From: Campylobacterota bacterium
GTDB lineage: Bacteria; Campylobacterota; Campylobacteria; Campylobacterales; Thiovulaceae
Length of the DNA stretch: 64,000 nt
Direction: 5' to 3'
Assembly: GCA_030152305.1 (NCBI GenBank)
Contig: JASKOM010000001.1
Location: forward strand, 329,174 to 393,173
Shown: positions 18,878-28,874 of the stretch, piece after piece
Numbering within the stretch: the stretch's first letter is position 1
Layout of the letters: every line of letters begins with the position of its first letter
Program-made: the position numbers and the translations under genes
Notes under the pieces: model-generated
Databases searched by the model: none
Seen by the model: the letters and a program-made list of their open reading frames with translations, nothing else
What the model was told of the DNA's origin: nothing

Positions 18878-19858
18878 TTACCTAACACTAATCGTATATT
18901 TTGGTGGCAAACATTGAGGACGATAAGACATTTTGACTCTTTTTAAGTTTTCAAATCCCATGTCATCACCAGCATTTATATATTCAGATCCGTAAACATC
19001 TTTTAAAATTTTCGAAAACTCTTTAAAAATATATTGAGCAGATCCAGAAATATCAAAATCTGTTTTTTCAAAAATGACAGATGCTACTTTTTTGTTAATT
19101 TTTTCACCAATCGAAAAACCGACAACATCGTCATTGACATACAAAACAATACCTATTAAATCAAGTTGATGATATTCATTTAACATAATTTTAATAGCAC
19201 TGTGTTCGAACATGATACCGTCTAAATATTTACCAACATTTTCTTCTGCAATCGTTGAAATTCTCCCTTTTGACCATTTATAAAATAATTTCAAGATTTT
19301 TTCTTTATCTCTCAATGGATCAAGCGGTTCAATTCTATGATTAGGATAAGTTTTTAAAAATTTATTTATTTCTGTTCTTTTAGTATGATAATTATTGCCT
19401 TTCAATTCAATAAGATTATCAGTTTTATAAATATAATCAATTAGAGGTTTTTCTATAAGAAATTTATCAAAACTATTAAATAATTCAAGAGAAGAACCAT
19501 AAAATTTAAGAAAAATTTCAACTATTTTTTCATCGACATAATCAATTCTAAGAGATTCTTTTGATCCGTTATTTTTTAACATGATTTCAAAAGATTTTTC
19601 TATGGCAACTGGAATTTTTTCTAATTCACCCAACGGCGGTAACATTAGACTTAATTCACCACCGTTCATGGCAAAAAGAACAAAAGTATCGTTAATAATT
19701 GCATAAAACGGACTCATGTAAGAGAACCAAATGTAATTAGCAACAAATGTGTAGTCGCTGAGATCTACATCTAGTTTTTGGAGATAATTCTCCATCAGCG
19801 GTTTAGTATTTATATCTAGTGGAAGGATATCCACACCACAAATTTTTAGATTGGTCAA
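18878..19858 (-). CDS. DUF2156-type protein (phosphatidylglycerol lysyltransferase C-terminal-like domain)
   Basis: 326 aa with a TTG start and AAGGA 9 nt upstream. The pattern YTFVANYIWF...NYHTKRTEINKF...GFENLKRVKMSYRP matches my memory of this family. Confidence 0.55.
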   Translation of the reverse strand: MTNLKICGVDILPLDINTKPLMENYLQKLDVDLSDYTFVANYIWFSYMSPFYAIINDTFVLFAMNGGELSLMLPPLGELEKIPVAIEKSFEIMLKNNGSKESLRIDYVDEKIVEIFLKFYGSSLELFNSFDKFLIEKPLIDYIYKTDNLIELKGNNYHTKRTEINKFLKTYPNHRIEPLDPLRDKEKILKLFYKWSKGRISTIAEENVGKYLDGIMFEHSAIKIMLNEYHQLDLIGIVLYVNDDVVGFSIGEKINKKVASVIFEKTDFDISGSAQYIFKEFSKILKDVYGSEYINAGDDMGFENLKRVKMSYRPQCLPPKYTISVR

Positions 19859-20007
19859 ACTCTCATTCCTTGAGAAAATTGCGAGGAATTTTACCGAAAT
19901 ATTAAACTGTATTATTTAATGATTAAAAATAAACAATAAAAAAAAGTGAAAATATTTAATAAAACTATTTAATTTAAATTGGACATTATATTAAAAAAAT
20001 TTAAATT

Positions 20008-20030
20008 TCTCTTGGTCTTTCGACCAGAGA
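20008..20030 (-). terminator. rho-independent terminator after the P-II gene
   Basis: On the minus strand, TCTCTGGTC-gaaa-GACCAAGAGA (one bulge) is followed by a T-rich run. It lies 37 nt downstream of the P-II stop. Confidence 0.55.
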
Positions 20031-20066
20031 TTTTTCAGGAGAGATAAACGAGTTTAATAAAAGATT

Positions 20067-20432
<366 letters not shown>

Positions 20433-20439
20433 TCAAATT

Positions 20440-21660
20440 CTATCGAAAGTTTTTCGAGAATTCTGGATAAGCTTCAACACCAGCTTCATGTTGATCAAGA
20501 CCGTCATATTCGACCTCATCGCTAACTCTAATACCAACAGTAATTTTTAAAATATACCAGACGATAAAAGATGTTACGAAAACGAATAAACCAACTAAAA
20601 CAATACCTTTTAATTGAGCAACAATCGTAACAGAAGGATTAAATATCGCAACTGCAATTGTTCCCCAAATGCCATTTACTAAATGAACAGATAAAGCACC
20701 AACTGGATCATCAATTTTTAATTTATCAAATAATGGAACAGCTAAATAAATTAAAATAGCGGCAACAACACCTTCGATAGTTGCAGCAATCATTCCATTT
20801 GTTGGATCGGCTGTAACAGCAACCAAACCGCCTAAAGCACCATTAAGAACCATTGTTAAATCTACTTTTGCTGTTCGAACATATGTGATTATCATCATTG
20901 CAACAGCACCAGCTGCCGCTGCCATATTTGTTGAAGCAACAACTAAACCGATTGCATCGATGTCAGCTTTTGAACCCATTGCCAATTGACTTCCACCGTT
21001 GAAACCAAACCAGCCGACCCATAAAATAAAAGTTCCAAGAGTTGCTAATGGAAGATTTGAACCTTGAATAGCTCTAATATTTCCATTTTTGCCATATTTA
21101 CCGTTTCTTGCTCCAAGTAATAAAACACCTGCAAGTGCGGCCCAGCCACCAACTGAATGAACAAGAGTTGAACCAGCGAAATCTTTAAATCCTTCGAGAA
21201 TTCCACCTGCTGAAGTTAAAGAAGTTCCCCATATCCAATGTCCTTGAATTGGATAAATAATTCCTGCAAGAATTAAAGTAAAAAACAAAAACGGAATTAA
21301 TTTCATTCGTTCAGCAACAGCTCCAGAAACAACAGAAGCAGAAGTTGCAACAAAAACAACTTGAAAAAAGAAATCAGCATAAACAGAGTGATTTGCATTT
21401 GTAATATCACTCATCATAAAACCTGAACCGATAAAAGCATTTCCTGTGCCATACATTAAGTTATAGCCTAAGAAATAATAAACAACAACAGATATAGCAT
21501 AAATTGCTATATTTTTTAATAACACAACAGAGTTATTTTTTGTTCTTGTTAAACCAGCTTCCAACATTGCAAAACCAGCCGCCATCCACATAACGAGAGC
21601 GGCCATCATGATAAGCAGAAAACTGTCTAAAATATATTTGACATCGGCGAAATTTTCCAT
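20440..21660 (-). CDS. amt: ammonium transporter
   Basis: 406 aa polytopic protein. Has FAGSTLVHSVGGWAAL and the ALSVHLVNGIWGT twin-His signature. AAGGAGG RBS. Confidence 0.9.
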   Translation of the reverse strand: MENFADVKYILDSFLLIMMAALVMWMAAGFAMLEAGLTRTKNNSVVLLKNIAIYAISVVVYYFLGYNLMYGTGNAFIGSGFMMSDITNANHSVYADFFFQVVFVATSASVVSGAVAERMKLIPFLFFTLILAGIIYPIQGHWIWGTSLTSAGGILEGFKDFAGSTLVHSVGGWAALAGVLLLGARNGKYGKNGNIRAIQGSNLPLATLGTFILWVGWFGFNGGSQLAMGSKADIDAIGLVVASTNMAAAAGAVAMMIITYVRTAKVDLTMVLNGALGGLVAVTADPTNGMIAATIEGVVAAILIYLAVPLFDKLKIDDPVGALSVHLVNGIWGTIAVAIFNPSVTIVAQLKGIVLVGLFVFVTSFIVWYILKITVGIRVSDEVEYDGLDQHEAGVEAYPEFSKNFR

Positions 21661-21791
21661 AAAGCCTCCTTGAGATTCTTAATCGAATTTTAATTTTAAA
21701 TTAATAAAAAATAGCTTAATCGATAAAATCGAGTTTGTTAATATTAAGTTAATAAGTTTTTAAGTTTAATTTAAATTAATTTTGAGAAAAC

Positions 21792-21825
21792 TTATTTGCT
21801 AATTCAAAACAGCTTTCTAATGTTT
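21792..21825. repeat. 34-bp direct repeat, copy 1 (orphan copy of the hemD 3' end)
   Basis: ttatttgctaattcaaaacagctttctaatgttt is identical to 27404-27437. On the minus strand it reads TLESCFELANK followed by FSQN-stop. Confidence 0.9.
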
Positions 21826-21838
21826 TTTAGAAATAAAA

Positions 21839-24800
21839 TTAATAATTTTTAATAAATTCAAATTTACATAAAGTTTGTAGCCAATTACCTTCTGGACTAT
21901 TTGGATATTTAGAATCTTCTTTTATAAAATAATATATTTGAGCATCAATTTCTATCTCTGAAATATAATATGCATTATTTAATAATTTGTTTATTTCTAT
22001 TTCGAATTTACCAGATAAATATGCTATTAGTTTGTTGTTATATAATAAAGAATTCCCAACAAGTTGTAATTTAGAACCTGCAAAAATCTTATTGTTTATA
22101 ATTGTAGTTTGGAATTTATGACTATGTCCTAAGTTAATACTGTTTAATCCCATATATAAAATCTTTTTCTTTGGTTCTGGACAACTTGATTGATGAGGTG
22201 AGACAAAATCATATTTCAAATTTATAAATAAAGAATCTTCAAAATTTGAAATAATTGTTAAACCTTTTTTAGCTCGAGTCATGGCTACATAATATTTTCT
22301 TCTGATTGAATCTGTATTATATTCGTTTGGTTTGATGATTGAAGCTTTGTGTTCCATTACAACTACATAATCAAATTCCCTACCTTTTGATTTATGAATT
22401 GTTGTGATAATTATTTTATGATTATTATGATTTTTATCAAAAAAATTATCATCAAGTTCATTAACAAAATTATTAAATAAGCTATAACTATATTCATTGT
22501 CAATAATAATATTTTCAAATTCTTCAATAACTTGTTTTAATTTATCAATATTTTTTGAATTTTCAAACATTTGAAAAATAGAATCTTTAGCTTTAATAAA
22601 TGTTTCTTTTGTAACTATTTGTTCATTATGTAAAATTTCCATAAATGTGTATATTTCGAGTAAATTACTCCATTCAAATCGTGGTCTATCTTGAATTAAA
22701 TGAGATTTTATTTGATGATTTGTTAAAAGAGATTGCATTGTTAAAGCTTCATCATTTGTGTTTGTTAATATAGCTATTGTTGATTCTGTATGATTTGAAA
22801 TAATTGATGAAACTTCTTGACGAACATCTGCATATAAATAAGAACATTCATCTGAAGGACTAAAAATTAATTTTGTAAAAGATTCGATTTTAGATATTTT
22901 ATCTTTTGAAACTTTTGCAGGAACTTTTAATTTTTCTGATTTTTTTCTTGTTGTAATAAAAGAAGCAAATTTATTAGCAAATTCAATTATTTTTTTAGAA
23001 CTTCTGTAATTTTCAATTAGTTCATAATTTATTTTATGTTTATTATCGTTAAGATTAAAATCTTGCCAAAAATCATCAAAAAATTTAACATTGGCTCCAG
23101 CAAAATCTAATATTAGCTGATCATCATCACCAACTGCTACAATTTTTTTAATATTTTGATATTTAACAAGATTATAAATTAAATCAAAAGCATCTTGAGA
23201 AATATCTTGAAATTCATCAAGATATAAAGCTGTGATCGGTTTTATATGTTCTTGATATTGTTGAAATTTTTGATTGAAATTTTTCAAATACAGATTTTGA
23301 ATATTTGACTCATTTTTTAATTCTTCGCCAGTTATTTTGCCAACAAAACTATGAAATGTATGAATGTCAAGATTATATGCAATTTGTCCGCCAAGCATTT
23401 TTACAAGTCGGCTTTTAAATTCATTAACTGCTGTTCTTGTGTAAGTTAACATTAAGAAATTTTCTGGTTTAACTGAAGGATCATTTTTAATAGTATGTGC
23501 TATTTTTTGAACAAGTGTATGAGTTTTTCCACTTCCAGGACCAGCTAAAACTAAAATAGAATTATCTTTACTTGTCATAATTCGTCGTTGTTCATCACTT
23601 AAATCTTTACCAAATTGACTATCTTTTGTTTGAAAATTAACAAATAATTCTTTTAAATAACTAAAATATTTATCAATAAATTCTGAAATATCCATTTTAA
23701 AATATTCAGACAATAAATTTTCTTGTTTATTAATGCTATTTTTTTCTAACATGGTTTGAAGATATTCATTCATGATATGAGTTCTTTTTCTTCGATATTC
23801 ATAATATTCATGTTTTTCTGATAAATAATCTTTTTTTAAATATTCACGATTGACTTGATTTTGTATTTCAATTTGAAATTTTTGTTTTATTGGTGAGATA
23901 ACATCAAGTAATTTAATAGCTCCAACATCTTGAAGAAGTAACAAAAAATATTCTATTGACAAATCATTAATTAAATCGAATTTGCTTTTTAAAAAAATAA
24001 TATCAATATATTTTTTATCTTTAATTTCTTCAAAAATCTCTTTGGCTATTTTGATTTTTATATGAATTCGTTCTTTAAATTCATTAAAATTTGTTGCTTC
24101 AAAAGTCCAAACAGAATATTGTTTATTTTTTCGTTTAATCGTTATAGAATTATTTTTATGAGTTTCAATCCAATCTAATAAAATAGCTTCTAAAATATTA
24201 AGAAACTTTCTTTTATCTTTAAGTTCATTAGAACTATTTACAAAATCTTTTAATCTTAATTCGCTATTTTTTTCAGCATAATTTAAAAGTTTTTCTTCTA
24301 TGTCAAAATAATATGAATGAAATTCAAGTAATTCAATTCGTGTGGTATTAAAACCAGAAATTAAATTTAACTCATATAATTTTATAAAAGCTTGATTAAT
24401 ATCATTGATTGCAAAATCAAGTGAATCATACATATTTTCTGGTTTGCCATTTTGGAGATATTTAATAACAGCAATTGCGATTTTGTCATTACCAAGAACA
24501 TCTTTTGATTCAGAGATAGTAGCCGTTGAAAAAGATTCTCCAATTGATTTAACAAGATTTGTATTTCGTTTGATTAATTTAACTCTTTCGAGTTCAGACA
24601 AAATTGTGTTAATTTTTAATTCTTGAATTTCAAATTTCTTTTGTGTTTGTATTTCCCATTTTGCCTCTTTGAGAATTTCTCTAGTTGAAGCAATAACTTG
24701 ATTATTATAAGCCAATAATTTTATAGCTTTATAAATTTGCTCAATTTCTTCAAAAGTATCAATTGATTTTTTTAATCTTGATAAATTAAAATCTAAGTCA

Positions 24801-26764
24801 TCATATTTATAAAAAGTAATTGATTGTGAAAGTTGACCGTCCCTCCCAGCTCGTCCAGATTCTTGTAAAAAATCTTCTATATTGCTTGACGGTTTATAAT
24901 GAATAACTGTTCTAATATTGGGCTTATCAATTCCCATTCCAAAAGCTGAAGTTGAAACAATCACATCAATATTATTAGCTATAAATTCACTTGAAATAGT
25001 TTCTCTGTTTTTAACTTTTGAATGAAAAGGTTTAATAATAAGATCTGTAAAATCTTTTTGAAGTTCTTTTGATATTTCGTTACATGCTGAAATACTATTT
25101 GTTATATAAATTACTGCTGGAAGATTTTTTTTATCTTTTAAAATTTCAATAGCTTTTGAATATCTTTCTTGATCGTTTTTTACATCGATAACAGAATAAT
25201 TTATATTACTTCGTTTATTTATTGCCAAATATTCATCAAAATTAGCTAAATCTTTAAAAAAATTTCTCAAATCATTTAAAATATATTTAGTTGCAGTTGC
25301 TGTAAAACAAGAAATCGGTGGTTTATAATCTAAATATTCTTTAAAGAATGTTGAGATATATCTATAATCTGGACGAAAATCTTTACCCCAAGTTGAAATA
25401 ATATGAGCTTCATCTAAAACAATTCTCGAAATATATCTTTCGTCTAATATATTTCTAATAGTTTTATATCTTAACGATTCAGGAGCTATATATAAAAGAT
25501 CGATTTTACCGTCATTAACATCTTGAATAACTTTATTTTTTTCTATTGAAGTTAAATAGCTACTTAACGATCCTGCTTTAATATTTATAAATTTTTTATT
25601 AAAACTATCGACTTGATCTTTCATTAATGCTCTAAGAGGAGAAATAATAATAGTTAAACCTTTAAAAGTTTCAGCATCATAAATTGCTGGTATTTGATAA
25701 CAAATACTTTTTCCTCCGCCAGTTGGTAAAACCGCTAAAACATCTTTTTGCTCAATACAAGCTTGAATAATATTTAATTGTGAAATATTACTTTTTCCAA
25801 TTTCTAAATTTTGAAATTCTTTAAAATTAAATTTTTGATCTGACAAATGATCTCGTGCAAAATTTAAAATATTTATTTGTTTATTAAACATAGTTTTTAT
25901 TTTTGGAAAATTCTTGAAAGTATAATTTGCTGGTCTATAATTAAAATATCTTGAAAATAAAAGTAACATTATTTCAATTGGAATTTCTTCAATTTGTGAT
26001 TCTTGAATTTCTGGAATATATTTATTAATTGTTGTTAATGCAATTTGATGATATAAATCATATTGTGTTAATCCAATATATTCTATAAAAGTTTGATAAT
26101 ATGGGCTATTATGTGCAAGATACGAAAAACTTTTTTTTATGTCTATTGGTAATTCTCTAAAAATTTCTAACTCATCTTGAAATAAATAAAAACTTTCTTC
26201 AGAATCTTTAATAGGATCGTTTTTATCGTTCTCACTATTTTTATAATATTTTTCTAACTTATGATTTTGTAAATCTCTTAAAATAATTGAAAGGTAAAGA
26301 GTATCTATATATTTTTGATTTTTAGCGAAATTACATTGTTCTTCTAATATTATTTTGTCATAATTTATAATATTATGTCCTGCTAAAATATTTGCATTTA
26401 AATAATTTTGAAATTCATTAAAAGATAATGAAATATTGCTTGGAAAAACACCTATTTTTCTTTCGTCAATATCAATAAATAATAAATTCGTTTCAAAGTA
26501 AATTAAATTTTTAATAAATTTATTAAGTTCTAATTCTGACTCTAATCCAAACATTTCACAATTTAAGCAATCAATAATTAACTCATTATTTATTAAAAAT
26601 TCTACATTCCAATCTTTTTCAAACTGAAAATATTTATTTTGTTTTAAAACCTCTAATTCAAAGAAATTTATATTTAATTTTATCTTCATCAACCACCAAA
26701 CTTTTCTCGATATTTCGATATTATAATAAAAAATAGGAAGTTTGATTATGTTTGAATCGATCAC
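21839..26764 (-). CDS. giant fusion protein: DEDD-like 3'-5' exonuclease domain + RecQ-family helicase core + UvrD/PcrA-family helicase core + unassigned C-terminal domain
   Basis: 1641 aa.
- Exonuclease-like: FIDIDE (aa 96-101), GHNIINYD (129-136).
- RecQ: LPTGGGKS (346-353), DEAH (451-454), FTATAT, SGRAGRDG (636-643).
- UvrD: AGPGSGKT (1074-1081), DEFQD (1183-1187), GDDDQ (1212-1216), NYRS (1252-1255), TIHKSKGREFD (1455-1465), YVAMTRAK (1492-1499).
The start is uncertain (Met1 at 26764 or Met26 at 26689). Confidence 0.8.
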   Translation of the reverse strand: MIDSNIIKLPIFYYNIEISRKVWWLMKIKLNINFFELEVLKQNKYFQFEKDWNVEFLINNELIIDCLNCEMFGLESELELNKFIKNLIYFETNLLFIDIDERKIGVFPSNISLSFNEFQNYLNANILAGHNIINYDKIILEEQCNFAKNQKYIDTLYLSIILRDLQNHKLEKYYKNSENDKNDPIKDSEESFYLFQDELEIFRELPIDIKKSFSYLAHNSPYYQTFIEYIGLTQYDLYHQIALTTINKYIPEIQESQIEEIPIEIMLLLFSRYFNYRPANYTFKNFPKIKTMFNKQINILNFARDHLSDQKFNFKEFQNLEIGKSNISQLNIIQACIEQKDVLAVLPTGGGKSICYQIPAIYDAETFKGLTIIISPLRALMKDQVDSFNKKFINIKAGSLSSYLTSIEKNKVIQDVNDGKIDLLYIAPESLRYKTIRNILDERYISRIVLDEAHIISTWGKDFRPDYRYISTFFKEYLDYKPPISCFTATATKYILNDLRNFFKDLANFDEYLAINKRSNINYSVIDVKNDQERYSKAIEILKDKKNLPAVIYITNSISACNEISKELQKDFTDLIIKPFHSKVKNRETISSEFIANNIDVIVSTSAFGMGIDKPNIRTVIHYKPSSNIEDFLQESGRAGRDGQLSQSITFYKYDDLDFNLSRLKKSIDTFEEIEQIYKAIKLLAYNNQVIASTREILKEAKWEIQTQKKFEIQELKINTILSELERVKLIKRNTNLVKSIGESFSTATISESKDVLGNDKIAIAVIKYLQNGKPENMYDSLDFAINDINQAFIKLYELNLISGFNTTRIELLEFHSYYFDIEEKLLNYAEKNSELRLKDFVNSSNELKDKRKFLNILEAILLDWIETHKNNSITIKRKNKQYSVWTFEATNFNEFKERIHIKIKIAKEIFEEIKDKKYIDIIFLKSKFDLINDLSIEYFLLLLQDVGAIKLLDVISPIKQKFQIEIQNQVNREYLKKDYLSEKHEYYEYRRKRTHIMNEYLQTMLEKNSINKQENLLSEYFKMDISEFIDKYFSYLKELFVNFQTKDSQFGKDLSDEQRRIMTSKDNSILVLAGPGSGKTHTLVQKIAHTIKNDPSVKPENFLMLTYTRTAVNEFKSRLVKMLGGQIAYNLDIHTFHSFVGKITGEELKNESNIQNLYLKNFNQKFQQYQEHIKPITALYLDEFQDISQDAFDLIYNLVKYQNIKKIVAVGDDDQLILDFAGANVKFFDDFWQDFNLNDNKHKINYELIENYRSSKKIIEFANKFASFITTRKKSEKLKVPAKVSKDKISKIESFTKLIFSPSDECSYLYADVRQEVSSIISNHTESTIAILTNTNDEALTMQSLLTNHQIKSHLIQDRPRFEWSNLLEIYTFMEILHNEQIVTKETFIKAKDSIFQMFENSKNIDKLKQVIEEFENIIIDNEYSYSLFNNFVNELDDNFFDKNHNNHKIIITTIHKSKGREFDYVVVMEHKASIIKPNEYNTDSIRRKYYVAMTRAKKGLTIISNFEDSLFINLKYDFVSPHQSSCPEPKKKILYMGLNSINLGHSHKFQTTIINNKIFAGSKLQLVGNSLLYNNKLIAYLSGKFEIEINKLLNNAYYISEIEIDAQIYYFIKEDSKYPNSPEGNWLQTLCKFEFIKNY

Positions 26765-27389
26765 ATTAATATTTATTATATTTTTATCTTTTACTTTATA
26801 TAAAAAAATAAAAGAGTTAAATCAAGTTAAAGAACTATCATTAAAATTACATAAGTCTTTCAATTTCAATAATGAGCTTTTAAGATTAAATGTTGATTTA
26901 AAAGAATTGGAGCAAAATTTGAAAAATAAACATGAAGAAAAAAATTATTTAATATCACAAATTGAACAAGAGCAAATTATTACTGAAAATTTACAAACAA
27001 AACTTAATGAAGAAAATTTAATTAATGCTTCTTTGCAACTTGAAATTCAAAAATTACAAGAACAAAATTCTAAGTTTTTCAATGAATTAACTCAAAATCA
27101 ACAAACATTTTTGTTAAACAGAACCGCAAATTCTCAAGTTTATCAATTACAAAAAGAGAACAATAAACTTAAACAAGAAAATTTATTTTTGATAAATAAT
27201 AGTAATCAAATATTACTTGATAAAAATAACGAATTATCTTTAAAAATCAATGAATTGAATATAAAAATAGAAGAATTAGAAAACGACTTGAAAAAATATA
27301 AAGAACAAAGAAACATAAACATATCGAATAAACTTGATATTCTTGATGTTGAGCAAGACGAAGATGAATATGAAAATTCAGAAGAATAA
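26742..27389 (+). CDS. membrane-anchored coiled-coil protein, hypothetical
   Basis: 215 aa. N-terminal TM helix (ITLIFIIFLSFTLY), a long Q/N/E/L/K heptad-like region and an acidic tail (DVEQDEDEYENSEE). The likely start is ATG 26748 (AGGAAG 26735-26740). It is divergent from the helicase gene and overlaps that gene's longest ORF. Confidence 0.6.
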   Translation: MIMFESITLIFIIFLSFTLYKKIKELNQVKELSLKLHKSFNFNNELLRLNVDLKELEQNLKNKHEEKNYLISQIEQEQIITENLQTKLNEENLINASLQLEIQKLQEQNSKFFNELTQNQQTFLLNRTANSQVYQLQKENNKLKQENLFLINNSNQILLDKNNELSLKINELNIKIEELENDLKKYKEQRNINISNKLDILDVEQDEDEYENSEE

Positions 27390-27393
27390 AAAC

Positions 27394-28062
27394 TTAATTT
27401 ATTTTATTTGCTAATTCAAAACAGCTTTCTAATGTTTGTTCTTGAGAAATATATTTATTATATTTTTCTGGAATTGCTTTAAAAGTCGTTTTGCCAATCG
27501 TTATAAAAATAAAATTATTTGAAATTTCGATTTGATTTATTTGCAAATATTTTAAAAAACAGTTAAAAATTGAAGGTGATGAAATTATAAAAATATGCTT
27601 TTGATTTATTAAAAAGTTTATTTTTGTGTGAGATAAATTGCAAACTGTTTTATATAAAATTAATTCGATGAGGTCAATATTTGCTTTTTTTAATATTTCA
27701 CCAATATTCGATTCTACTTTTTCAGGTCGAACATAAAGCATTTTGATATTTTTAAAATTTTTTAAAATTTCATTTGCAAAATTATCACCGTGAGAATCGA
27801 CGGCTTCAAATATTAATTTTCCACCTAATTTTTTTATTGTTTCTCCCGTTTTTTTGCCAATTGCAACAGAATCTATTTTTTGCCAATCCATCCAAAAATT
27901 ATTTAAATAATTAACAGCTTTTGCAGAAGTAAAAATAATTAAATTTATATTTTCGTTTTGAATTTGAGAAATTTTTTGTGATAGATTTTCGATAAGAACC
28001 GTCTGAATCATCGGAATATTAACAACTCCTTTGATTTCAGTCGGTGATAAATTATATATCAA
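27394..28062 (-). CDS. hemD: uroporphyrinogen-III synthase
   Basis: 222 aa with a TTG start. The HEM4-like layout (IIFTSAKAVNYL...AIGKKTGETIKKLGG...LILYKT...IGKTT) was recognised by pattern only. Confidence 0.55.
   Translation of the reverse strand: MIYNLSPTEIKGVVNIPMIQTVLIENLSQKISQIQNENINLIIFTSAKAVNYLNNFWMDWQKIDSVAIGKKTGETIKKLGGKLIFEAVDSHGDNFANEILKNFKNIKMLYVRPEKVESNIGEILKKANIDLIELILYKTVCNLSHTKINFLINQKHIFIISSPSIFNCFLKYLQINQIEISNNFIFITIGKTTFKAIPEKYNKYISQEQTLESCFELANKIN
27404..27437. repeat. 34-bp direct repeat, copy 2 (functional 3' end of hemD)
   Basis: Identical to 21792-21825. It encodes TLESCFELANK followed by IN-stop of the intact hemD ORF. Confidence 0.9.
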
Positions 28063-28073
28063 ATTAATAATTT

Positions 28074-28868
28074 TTATATTTTTTTTGTAAAAAACTTGTC
28101 TATTACGATAAATTTGCTACCGTCTTGAGTATTTCTGACTTTAACATATTTATCTTTATAACGATCTCGTAATTTTTTTATTGCTAATTTAACCGCAACA
28201 TCATCGAGAATTTTTGTTTCGAAAGTTCCGTTTTTTTCAACTTCTAAAAAAACTTCATTTTCAAGATATCGTTCAATTTGCTCATTCTGTTTTTTTATAA
28301 ATTCACCTATTTCAAGCTGAAGTTTCAAATTATATTTTGACGATAACCAATCAGATAAAATGTATAACATAGCTTTATATCGATAACCTTCTCTACCAAT
28401 TAATAACGGAACATCTTTACCATCTAATAAAATAAAAATCGTTTCGCTATTTAATAACGAAATCGCGATCATATCTATTTCAAAACATGTCTTTTTTAAT
28501 AAATTAGTTAAAGTTGTTCGCACCTCATCGACGATTTCATTATCATTTCGTTTAACAGGTTCAACATATTCATCATTTTTAACTAAACCTATTTTTTTAG
28601 AAAATTGTTTAATAATTCCAGATGGTTTTTCGAGGATCGAATTAACTAAACTTTCCTCTTTTTCTTTGATGATAATTTGTTGATTTTGTGCTTGAGCAAT
28701 TGAAATTTTAATAGAAGCAATAATAATTGCAGGTTTTTTACCTACTCCAAAAATGCCACTAAGTGGTTCTTGCAAAACAAAATAATCTACTTGATCATGA
28801 GAACAACCAAGTCGTTCAGAAGCTTCACGAATGGCTGTTTCTAGATCAATAGCTTCTATTTGTAACAT
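28074..28868 (-). CDS. jag: Jag-family RNA-binding protein (Jag_N + KH-like)
   Basis: 264 aa immediately downstream of yidC. N-terminal MLQIEAIDLETAIREASERLGCSHDQVDYFVLQEP is typical of Jag_N. Confidence 0.65.
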   Translation of the reverse strand: MLQIEAIDLETAIREASERLGCSHDQVDYFVLQEPLSGIFGVGKKPAIIIASIKISIAQAQNQQIIIKEKEESLVNSILEKPSGIIKQFSKKIGLVKNDEYVEPVKRNDNEIVDEVRTTLTNLLKKTCFEIDMIAISLLNSETIFILLDGKDVPLLIGREGYRYKAMLYILSDWLSSKYNLKLQLEIGEFIKKQNEQIERYLENEVFLEVEKNGTFETKILDDVAVKLAIKKLRDRYKDKYVKVRNTQDGSKFIVIDKFFTKKI

Positions 28869-28874
28869 TATTTT

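Larger units (their letters stand above)
21826..27403. mobile_element. inserted two-gene islet bounded by direct repeats (no recombinase seen)
   Basis: The segment lies between the two identical 34-bp repeats. It contains only the 1641-aa helicase fusion gene and the divergent coiled-coil gene, and sits between hemD and the amt promoter region. Confidence 0.6.
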
